This document shows positions 1 to 6,259 of a stretch of 14,321 bases of DNA, one piece after another. This DNA is from Candidatus Pacearchaeota archaeon. GTDB taxonomy: Archaea; Nanobdellota; Nanobdellia; Pacearchaeales; GW2011-AR1. Made by a program: the position numbers and the translations under genes. The number at the start of each line of letters is the position of its first letter. Position 1 is the first letter of the stretch. The DNA lies in the NCBI GenBank assembly GCA_018304175.1, contig JAGVWT010000010.1:1-14321 (forward strand). The letters are read 5' to 3'. The notes below the pieces were generated by a model, which made no database searches, had not been told where the DNA came from, and saw only the letters and a program-made list of their open reading frames with translations.

Positions 1-285
1 TCGCGAGACAGTTTGTATGATATCTACTAGGTGTGTTATTGTCTGAGTGGAACGAGTTAGTAGTACGAGAGGAACCTGACTCGGATGCCTCTGGTGAGCG
101 GTTGTCATTGGCAGGCCGCATAGCTACGCATTTTATGGATAAGAGCTGAAAGCATCTAAGCTCGAAGCCACCCGCAAGACGAGACAATTAAAGCCGTCGA
201 AAAACACGACGTCGATAGAGTTGCTGTGTAAGGCTCAAGCCGCAAGGCGAGAGTTTCAGCAGACAACTACTAAAAGCTTCACTTG
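1..285 (+). rRNA. rrl: 23S rRNA, 3' end (partial; exact 3' end uncertain, about 280-302)
   Basis: Starts in H93 (TCGCGAGACAG). Sarcin-ricin loop AGTACGAGAGGAAC (archaeal form) at 62-75, closed by GAGTTAG/CTGACTC. Conserved GGATAAGAGCTGAAAGCATCTAAGCTCGAAGCC, CACGACGTCGATAG and TACTAA near the terminus. Confidence 0.96.
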
Positions 286-302
286 TGATTTAATTATCAC
301 AA
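283..302 (+). other. Hairpin at or just after the 23S 3' end (terminal helix, processing or termination element)
   Basis: TTGTGAT-TTAATT-ATCACAA, a perfect 7-bp stem. Function not determinable from sequence. Confidence 0.4.
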
Positions 303-404
303 TATGTTCAGTAATGGATGTTCTCAGTGTTTATTGAGTTGCGAGAATTCTAAAGATTTTTTTCTAATGAGAGGATTTAAAAACAAGAAAATTAAGAGAT
401 GTTT

Positions 405-791
405 ATGGAAAATAAAAAACTTGAAACCATAGTAGAAGCAGTAATTGTAGGATTTGATAAAGGAAAGGCTTTAACAGATGGTATAACAAATTTAAATTAT
501 ATGAGAGAAATATCTGAAAATGGGAACAAGCAATTATTTCAAAGACTAATAGAATCTTATCTAGGATATGCTAAAAAAATTAATTCAGATATTTCTTCAG
601 AAGAAGTTAGACTAGAAGCATTGGATTTTGTTGAATTTCAATGTATGGTTGCAGACACTGGAAAACTTGCAATAAACCTACCTCTTAAATACGAAATGAA
701 TGGTAAAACAAGAAAAATGTTTTTAGATATCTATTCAGGAAAATTAGCTAGGGATAATAATTATATTGTAAAACATTCTATTAAAGTTTAA
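405..791 (+). CDS. Hypothetical protein (128 aa)
   Basis: ORF track 399..791. The second ATG (405) is preferred because TTTAAAAA at 376 lies 29 nt upstream, the spacing seen for other genes here. No recognisable motif. Confidence 0.7.
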   Translation: MENKKLETIVEAVIVGFDKGKALTDGITNLNYMREISENGNKQLFQRLIESYLGYAKKINSDISSEEVRLEALDFVEFQCMVADTGKLAINLPLKYEMNGKTRKMFLDIYSGKLARDNNYIVKHSIKV

Positions 792-804
792 ATTCTTAGC
801 TAAT

Positions 805-834
805 TTTTCCCACAAATATTTTTAAAGTAGGAAA
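805..834 (+). repeat. 30-bp direct repeat copy 1 (contains a TATA-like box with no + strand gene downstream)
   Basis: TTTTCCCACAAATATTTTTAAAGTAGGAAA; 27/30 identical to 2042-2071. Confidence 0.75.
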
Positions 835-854
835 GTGAGAAAAATAAAACTAGA

Positions 855-950
855 TTATTTTTTCTTTTGAATTTTCCTTGTTAAATTTCCAATTTCGTCA
901 TCAATATCAGCAGTTATCTTTTCTTGTAAGGTTAGTTTTTTGTTTTTCAT
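855..950 (-). CDS. Small basic/coiled-coil protein, 31 aa (MKNKKLTLQEKITADIDDEIGNLTRKIQKKK)
   Basis: Translated by hand (below the ORF-track cutoff). ATG is 3 nt after the stop of the upstream micro-ORF, and the composition resembles real genes in this window. Confidence 0.5.
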   Translation of the reverse strand: MKNKKLTLQEKITADIDDEIGNLTRKIQKKK

Positions 951-953
951 TTT

Positions 954-1046
954 TTATGTAAATGTTTTGATTATTCCATAAAACAAGAGAATTAAGGCAG
1001 TAATTCCCAAAATCCAAAGTATCATGTCCAAAAGTTTTTTGTTCAT
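954..1046 (-). CDS. Small single-TM membrane protein, 30 aa (MNKKLLDMILWILGITALILLFYGIIKTFT)
   Basis: Translated by hand. ATGA overlap with the stop of the 1043..1213 ORF; one hydrophobic helix after a basic N-terminus. Confidence 0.6.
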   Translation of the reverse strand: MNKKLLDMILWILGITALILLFYGIIKTFT

Positions 1047-1213
1047 TTTCTTTTTTTAATCATTTTATAAGTATGAATTATAAGAAAAAGGGAAAGAGCT
1101 ATCACAACAAGCCAGCCCAAAACCACATTTTCAACTTTGAAAATTCTAAGCAGATAAACAATCAATACAAAAAGAATCAATCCAAGAGTTATCCTTTCAA
1201 GTTTGTTTTTCAT
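1043..1213 (-). CDS. Small two-TM membrane protein, 56 aa (MKNKLERITLGLILFVLIVYLLRIFKVENVVLGWLVVIALSLFLIIHTYKMIKKRK)
   Basis: Translated by hand. ATGA overlaps at both ends (nuclease stop 1210-1212; next ORF start 1046); two hydrophobic segments with basic termini. Confidence 0.75.
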   Translation of the reverse strand: MKNKLERITLGLILFVLIVYLLRIFKVENVVLGWLVVIALSLFLIIHTYKMIKKRK

Positions 1214-1857
1214 CTCCCTTCACACCATCCACAACTCTTCTGAGGACAATCAGAGTTTAATAGTTTAATTGCATTATTGAATATCTTTTCTGCGTTTTTT
1301 ATATCAATTTTCATCTTTATTAATTCAGTATCAAAAATAACTTCTCCAGTATCATTAACTTCTTTAGGAACATAGAATAACAGAAAAGCATAATCTTCAG
1401 TATCATATCCTTCTTTTCTTAAAAGAAAATTGTAAATATCTAATTGGTCTTGATAATGTTCAGCCGTATCTTCTTTAAGTGCATAACCTCTTGTTTTATA
1501 ATCCAAAACAATTAACTTTTTTCCTTTCATTAAAATATTATCTACAGCTCCACGAAGAATGTTTCCTTCTTTGTCTTTCCATTGAATTCCTTTAAAGTTA
1601 CTTCTCCAAATAGCCAGTAAAGTATGGTCGTTAAACAATTTCATTTTATTAGTATGCCCATTTGCCATTAGTTCTGGGGGTAACTTTCCTCTGTCCATAA
1701 ATTTGTTAAAATGTTCTTTTAGTATTTTATCCATTCCTGAAGGAAGAGAAGAAAAAGCACCTTCAGGTCTTTTCCATACTTTATGCTGAGTTAACCAAAA
1801 ACATCTTGGGCATTCTTTCATAAGATTCAAAGAAGACGGAGAAAGTTTGAAAGTCAT
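1210..1857 (-). CDS. PD-(D/E)XK nuclease, RecB/AddB/Cas4-like (PDDEXK_1 type)
   Basis: LSPSSL..ECPRCFW N-terminus, G-x-VD...LDYKT catalytic motifs, QLxxY motif, C-terminal CPQKSCGWC. Confidence 0.9.
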   Translation of the reverse strand: MTFKLSPSSLNLMKECPRCFWLTQHKVWKRPEGAFSSLPSGMDKILKEHFNKFMDRGKLPPELMANGHTNKMKLFNDHTLLAIWRSNFKGIQWKDKEGNILRGAVDNILMKGKKLIVLDYKTRGYALKEDTAEHYQDQLDIYNFLLRKEGYDTEDYAFLLFYVPKEVNDTGEVIFDTELIKMKIDIKNAEKIFNNAIKLLNSDCPQKSCGWCEGR

Positions 1858-1892
1858 TAATCCCTATTATTCTTCAAACCTTAAAACACTTT

Positions 1893-2012
1893 CTACTCAA
1901 ATGCTCCCATAAACTCTTTCCTAATTTCTTCATCAAATTTCTTAAAGGCTTCTTCAAGGGTTATGTCTTTTCCATATCTTCTACTTAAATTAAAAAAGTC
2001 TTCAGATTCCAT
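1893..2012 (-). CDS. Small protein, 39 aa (MESEDFFNLSRRYGKDITLEEAFKKFDEEIRKEFMGAFE)
   Basis: Translated by hand. Own TATA-like box (TATAAATA starting 2041 on the - strand, 29 nt before ATG); amphipathic helical composition. Confidence 0.55.
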   Translation of the reverse strand: MESEDFFNLSRRYGKDITLEEAFKKFDEEIRKEFMGAFE

Positions 2013-2041
2013 GGAAAATCAAAATATTAAAACTATTTATA

Positions 2042-2071
2042 TTTTCTCATAAATATTTTTAAACTAGGAAA
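2042..2071 (+). repeat. 30-bp direct repeat copy 2, overlapping the promoter of ORF 2085
   Basis: TTTTCTCATAAATATTTTTAAACTAGGAAA; its TATA (2058) is 27 nt before ATG 2085. Confidence 0.75.
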
Positions 2072-2084
2072 AAATAAAAATATT

Positions 2085-2360
2085 ATGAAATCGCTTCAGC
2101 AAATTGCTTTTGATTCTGGAATTATAATTGGTAGCAAAATAATTGACAGAAATTCTTCTGAATTCTCAAGATTAAGTTATATCATAAGTGAATTAATTAT
2201 GCCTCTCAGCGATTTAGATTTTATGGGTTTGAATAGAGCTATAAACGGAACAACTTATGACAGAAGAAAAGGAAATCCCCTCGTTAAACTTGGATGTATG
2301 GCTTGGCTACCACTTAAATATTATATTTTGTATAAAGCCATGAACACTATGTATAATTAA
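2085..2360 (+). CDS. Hypothetical protein (91 aa)
   Basis: ORF track; TATA at the canonical distance; no recognisable motif. Confidence 0.65.
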   Translation: MKSLQQIAFDSGIIIGSKIIDRNSSEFSRLSYIISELIMPLSDLDFMGLNRAINGTTYDRRKGNPLVKLGCMAWLPLKYYILYKAMNTMYN

Positions 2361-2387
2361 AAAAGGGTAAAGGTTAAATTCGCAAGG

Positions 2388-2395
2388 TTTAAAAA
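2388..2395 (+). promoter_or_regulatory. TATA box for the RRM gene (predicted TSS about 2415-2417)
   Basis: GCAAGG-TTTAAAAA, BRE/TATA-like. Confidence 0.55.
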
Positions 2396-2465
2396 CGAAG
2401 ATTATTACATATTTTCAAGCTGTTAGGAAGAAGCATAGACTGATTCTTAATGCTCAAATAAGTGT

Positions 2466-2472
2466 AAGGAGG
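2466..2472 (+). promoter_or_regulatory. Shine-Dalgarno site
   Basis: AAGGAGG, 10 nt before ATG 2483. Confidence 0.7.
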
Positions 2473-2482
2473 AAAGTGAATA

Positions 2483-2857
2483 ATGAAAGTATATGTAGGG
2501 AATTTGCCTTTCAGTGTTGATGACGAGCAACTCAGGAAGATCTTTTCTGAATTCGGCGAGATTGAAGAAGCTCAAGTTATACAGAACAAGTTTTCCGGAA
2601 GAAGCAAGGGATTCGGATTCGTTACTTTTAAGAACGATGAGAATGCAAAGAAAGCAATTTCTGAAATGAGCGAGAAAGAATTTGAAGGGCGAAAGTTGAA
2701 TGTAAATGAAGCAAAGCCATTCGACCCTGACGCACCAAGACCTGAACGAAGAAACTTCGGTAGTAATAGAGGAGGAGGAAGTGGATTTGGAGGAGGTAGA
2801 GGCGGTGGCGATAGAGGTGGAGGCAGAAGTTTCGGAAACAGACCAAGAAGATTTTGA
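2483..2857 (+). CDS. RRM (RNP-1) RNA-binding protein with Gly/RGG-rich C-terminal tail
   Basis: RNP2 KVYVGNL, RNP1 RSKGFGFVTF, tail GSNRGGGSGFGGGRGGGDRGGGRSFG. Confidence 0.97.
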   Translation: MKVYVGNLPFSVDDEQLRKIFSEFGEIEEAQVIQNKFSGRSKGFGFVTFKNDENAKKAISEMSEKEFEGRKLNVNEAKPFDPDAPRPERRNFGSNRGGGSGFGGGRGGGDRGGGRSFGNRPRRF

Positions 2858-2909
2858 ATTGTAAAAACGCCAAAAAGATTTTAATTTAAATTTTAAAGAA
2901 AAGAGGTAA

Positions 2910-2940
2910 TTTTTTTATTTTATTTTTGAATTTTTAGTTT
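2910..2940 (+). terminator. T-rich archaeal terminator-like tract
   Basis: TTTTTTTATTTTATTTTTGAATTTTTAGTTT downstream of the RRM gene. Confidence 0.4.
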
Positions 2941-3051
2941 GAGTTGAAAAGGTTTAAAATGACTTGTCAAGAGGTAAAGTATAGCAATGGTGAAAGGAAC
3001 AAGGAATTGGTAAAAATTTTTAGGACACTTGAATCTAAAATTTATTAATTC

Positions 3052-3771
3052 TTATGAATCATCGCAAAGATTTTTCTCAACAACTATATCTTTATCAGAT
3101 AATACAAAAAGCTCTTTATACAGTTCAGCTGCTGATTCATTATAATACTTAAATGGGCAAACCTGCGTGAAATATTTTGGATATTGGGCAAATTCTCCTG
3201 TTTCAAAAAGATAATTTTTTTCTGATGAATTGTAAACAGCAAAATTCCAATTATGTGCATTTACAGTACCAGTAGTGTAGCCAACAAGCTCTCCTGCTTC
3301 CATTTCTAATATGCTATTGAAAAAATCTGTGCGGCTGTCGTTTCTTGGAATATCCGGGAATAATTTTCTGATTTTTTCAATCGGCTCTGTTACATGATCA
3401 AAAACAATTGTTACTCCGCAACCAACATCAACTTCCCACATATAAAACTCTGCGCCTTGCTCAGTGTGATATGACCCCTGAATCAACTTGCCCGATGTTG
3501 GCATATAAAGTGGAGCTTCTCCGTCGATGTTTATAAGAGTAGTTGGCATTGTTCCTTTGCTATTTCTAAAAACAGGGGGAATTATAGAATCAATTGTATT
3601 AACATCTGTAAAGTGGTGAGTAAATTCAATGGGGAAATCACAATTCGGATTTTCGTCTATCTTTTGATAAAAATAAAATTCATCTTTGTTGTTTTGCTTA
3701 ACAAAATAGTACGCGCCGATTAAAATTATTATAATAACCAGAGCAAATAACAAAATCTGTTTTTTATACAT
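3052..3771 (-). CDS. Membrane-anchored/exported protein, probable degenerate M23/LytM-like fold
   Basis: N-terminal TM (ILLFALVIIIILIGAYYF). Pattern PLYMPTSGKL...VFDHV...MEAGELVGYTTG...HNWNFAV resembles the M23 beta-fold, but HxxxD/HxH ligands are not intact. Confidence 0.6.
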   Translation of the reverse strand: MYKKQILLFALVIIIILIGAYYFVKQNNKDEFYFYQKIDENPNCDFPIEFTHHFTDVNTIDSIIPPVFRNSKGTMPTTLINIDGEAPLYMPTSGKLIQGSYHTEQGAEFYMWEVDVGCGVTIVFDHVTEPIEKIRKLFPDIPRNDSRTDFFNSILEMEAGELVGYTTGTVNAHNWNFAVYNSSEKNYLFETGEFAQYPKYFTQVCPFKYYNESAAELYKELFVLSDKDIVVEKNLCDDS

Positions 3772-3917
3772 TTTAAATTTCTAAATTTTTGACCTTTTTA
3801 CCATTTTTTAAGTGATATTCTTTATTAGATTTTAGTGTTATAAAATCTTTGCATATCAGAATTTTTTAAAATCAAAATTTAGTAATATTTTTATAATTTG
3901 CAACAGTGTTTTTTATT

Positions 3918-4319
3918 ATGAAAAAACCTGAAAGCTTTTGGAAAAAGAAATTATCAAAAGAGCAATATCATATTTTGAGAGAGAAAGGAACTGAGATTCC
4001 TGGAAAAGGAAAATTATTGCACAACAAAGAAACAGGAGTTTATGTTTGCGGCGCCTGTGGAAGTGAATTGTTTTCTTCAGACTCTAAGTTTGATTCTGGA
4101 ACAGGTTGGCCGAGCTTTTATGATGTTATGAAAAATAAAAACATCAGGATTGAAGAAGATAATCGCCTCGGCATGAACAGAGTAGAAGTTTTATGCGCAA
4201 AATGTGGCTCGCATTTAGGTCATTTATTTAAAGAAACGAAAACACAAAAATGTCCTACGGGAAAAAGATACTGCATAAATTCTCTAGCTTTGGATTTTAA
4301 AAATAAAAATGGAAAATAA
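3918..4319 (+). CDS. msrB: Peptide methionine-(R)-sulfoxide reductase MsrB
   Basis: GTE, Zn CxxC pairs CGAC/CAKC, SKFDSGTGWPSF, HLGH, catalytic RYCINS. ATG 3918 is preferred over GTG 3906 (TATA at 3890, 28 nt upstream). Confidence 0.97.
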   Translation: MKKPESFWKKKLSKEQYHILREKGTEIPGKGKLLHNKETGVYVCGACGSELFSSDSKFDSGTGWPSFYDVMKNKNIRIEEDNRLGMNRVEVLCAKCGSHLGHLFKETKTQKCPTGKRYCINSLALDFKNKNGK

Positions 4320-4776
4320 AATAAAAACAGAAACGGCAATTTTTGCAGCAGGGTGCTTTTGGAAACCTGAAGATATATTTTCAAAAACTCCAGGAGTTTT
4401 GAAAACTCAAGTTGGATACATCGGAGGAAAAATGAAAAATCCAACTTATCAAAATGTCTGCTCTTTGAATACTGGGTATGTTGAAGCAACTCATGTAATA
4501 TTTGACCCAAAAAAAATTTCGTATAAAAAACTTTTGGATATTTTTTGGAATATTCATAATCCTACTACAAAAGACAGACAAGGTTTAGATATTGGAAGCC
4601 AGTACAACTCTATGATTTTTTATCACAACGAAAAACAGAAAAAGCTGGCTGAAAAATCAAAAAAAGAAAGACAAAAAAACATGGAAAGAAAAATAGTTAC
4701 GCAGATAAAAAAAGCACCAAAATTCTGGAAAGCAGAAGAATACCATCAAAAATATGTACAGAAACACGGATTTTAA
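4309..4776 (+). CDS. msrA: Peptide methionine-(S)-sulfoxide reductase MsrA (short form)
   Basis: FAAGCFW, VGYIGG, NPTY..VC, HNPT, RQGLDIGSQY, AEEYHQKY; 11-nt overlap with msrB. Confidence 0.96.
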   Translation: MENKIKTETAIFAAGCFWKPEDIFSKTPGVLKTQVGYIGGKMKNPTYQNVCSLNTGYVEATHVIFDPKKISYKKLLDIFWNIHNPTTKDRQGLDIGSQYNSMIFYHNEKQKKLAEKSKKERQKNMERKIVTQIKKAPKFWKAEEYHQKYVQKHGF

Positions 4777-4781
4777 GGATT

Positions 4782-5108
4782 TTATCTTAAATATTTATCA
4801 AGTTTTTCCGTTAGTATTCCAATCAACCTAAGGTCATTTCTAAAGTAAGTATCTTGAATATCTAAGATAACTATTTTTTTCTTTTTAAACTCTGGAAATT
4901 TTTTAAGAATGTAATCTTTGTGGATTTCTTCCATGCAGAAAATAATGTCAGCCCATTTCATTGAGTGAACTGTGATTTTTTTGGGAGAGAGACCATTAAT
5001 TCCCACAGATTTTACTTCATATTTTTCATTTCCATCAAACAAAGATTCAGCAGTCGGACTTCTTTGCAAATTTGCAGTACAGACAAAAAGAAGTTTTTTC
5101 TTTTTCAT
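4782..5108 (-). CDS. Low-molecular-weight protein-tyrosine-phosphatase-like protein (short type)
   Basis: P-loop LFVCTANLQRSPTAE (Cx5R), SVG, WADIIFCME, LDIQD. Confidence 0.88.
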   Translation of the reverse strand: MKKKKLLFVCTANLQRSPTAESLFDGNEKYEVKSVGINGLSPKKITVHSMKWADIIFCMEEIHKDYILKKFPEFKKKKIVILDIQDTYFRNDLRLIGILTEKLDKYLR

Positions 5109-5145
5109 AAGATAATGTTAAAAACTTCATATTTTATATATTTTT

Positions 5146-5631
5146 ATGGGACAAGAAGAAGTTGATAGAATAAAAAATAAATTTTTTAAATTAAACCTAA
5201 ATCCAACTTATTTGGAACATGAAGAAGTCATAACAAGTGAGGATGCTGCTAGAACAAGAGGTTTTGAATTGAAACAAGGAATAAAGTCAATTCTTTTCAC
5301 AAATGGAGAAGAATGGGTTGTTGTAAATGTCCCTGCTGATAAAAAGGTTGATTCTAAAAAAGTAGCCTCTAAGCTTGGATGGTCAAATAATAAAACAAGA
5401 ATTGGAAATGAAGAAGAAGTTATGATAAAAACAGGGTGTAAAATTGGTGCTGTTCCTCCGTTCGGACATAATGAATTAATAAAGATTTTCGTTGACGAGA
5501 AGGTTTATGATAACAAAATAAGCACATTCAACATTGGCTTGAGGGAAGTTTCTGTTAAAATCCAAACTGAAGAAATGAAAGTTGTATTCAACAATCTAAA
5601 TGCAATTGAAGGGGATTTTGTTAAGGAATAG
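5146..5631 (+). CDS. YbaK/EbsC (ProX-like) aminoacyl-tRNA deacylase
   Basis: TSEDAA...IKSIL (conserved Lys), VVVNVPAD.KVD, GCKIGAVPPFG (GxxxP loop), NIG. Confidence 0.9.
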   Translation: MGQEEVDRIKNKFFKLNLNPTYLEHEEVITSEDAARTRGFELKQGIKSILFTNGEEWVVVNVPADKKVDSKKVASKLGWSNNKTRIGNEEEVMIKTGCKIGAVPPFGHNELIKIFVDEKVYDNKISTFNIGLREVSVKIQTEEMKVVFNNLNAIEGDFVKE

Positions 5632-5674
5632 TTTTATACAAAAAATTTTTAAATAATAATTATCTGGGACTTTT

Positions 5675-6211
5675 ATGATAGAAGGTAAAAAAGTTCCTAG
5701 TGTTATATTCAAGACGAGAGTTAGAGATGAATCTCTCGGAGGAGAAAATCCTTTCAGATGGCAAGATGTTCACTCAGATGAAATTTTCAAAGGAAAAAGG
5801 GTTGTGGTTTTCGCCTTGCCTGGTGCTTTTACACCAACATGCTCTTCAACACATCTGCCAGGATATGAAAAATTCTACGATGAAATAAAAGCAAACGGAG
5901 TTGACGAAGTTTATTGTCTTTCTGTAAATGACGCTTTCGTTATGCATCAATGGGAAAAGCATCAAGGCGCAAATAAAGTAAAACTAATTCCTGACGGAAA
6001 CGCAGAATTCACGAGAAAAATGGGGATGCTTGTAAGAAAAGAAAATCTCGGCTTCGGCGAAAGAAGCTGGAGATACTCTATGGTTGTGAATGATAGAGTT
6101 GTGGAAAAGATTTTCATTGAACCTGGTTTCAGCGACGATTGCCCTGACGACCCTTTTGAAGTTTCTGACGCTGATACAATGTTGAAGTATTTGAAAGAAA
6201 AGAGGAAGTAA
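5675..6211 (+). CDS. Peroxiredoxin, Prx5 subfamily
   Basis: [17 protein letters not shown] peroxidatic motif, [23 protein letters not shown]. Confidence 0.96.
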   Translation: MIEGKKVPSVIFKTRVRDESLGGENPFRWQDVHSDEIFKGKRVVVFALPGAFTPTCSSTHLPGYEKFYDEIKANGVDEVYCLSVNDAFVMHQWEKHQGANKVKLIPDGNAEFTRKMGMLVRKENLGFGERSWRYSMVVNDRVVEKIFIEPGFSDDCPDDPFEVSDADTMLKYLKEKRK

Positions 6212-6259
6212 ACAATCCTACACAACAATTTATTTAAAGAGTTTTTATTAAATTTTATT

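Noticed and set aside
1210-1857. CRISPR-associated Cas4 / CRISPR locus
   Set aside because: No repeat-spacer array or cas1/cas2 seen; treated as a solo PD-(D/E)XK nuclease.
2768-2830. GGA/GGT/GGC low-complexity DNA repeat
   Set aside because: Explained by the Gly/RGG-coding tail of the RRM protein.
2947-3048. TATA-like AAAAGGTTTAAAAT and 29-aa ORF 2959..3048 (+), plus an 8-aa ORF at 2987
   Set aside because: The ATG lies inside the TATA itself and the other ORF is trivial; a small or antisense RNA cannot be excluded but has no support.
4782-5108. Thioredoxin-coupled arsenate reductase ArsC
   Set aside because: Has Cx5R but lacks the downstream redox Cys pair and ars neighbours.
3918-6211. 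Selenocysteine or stop-codon recoding in the redox enzymes
   Set aside because: All catalytic positions are ordinary Cys codons; no in-frame TGA is needed.
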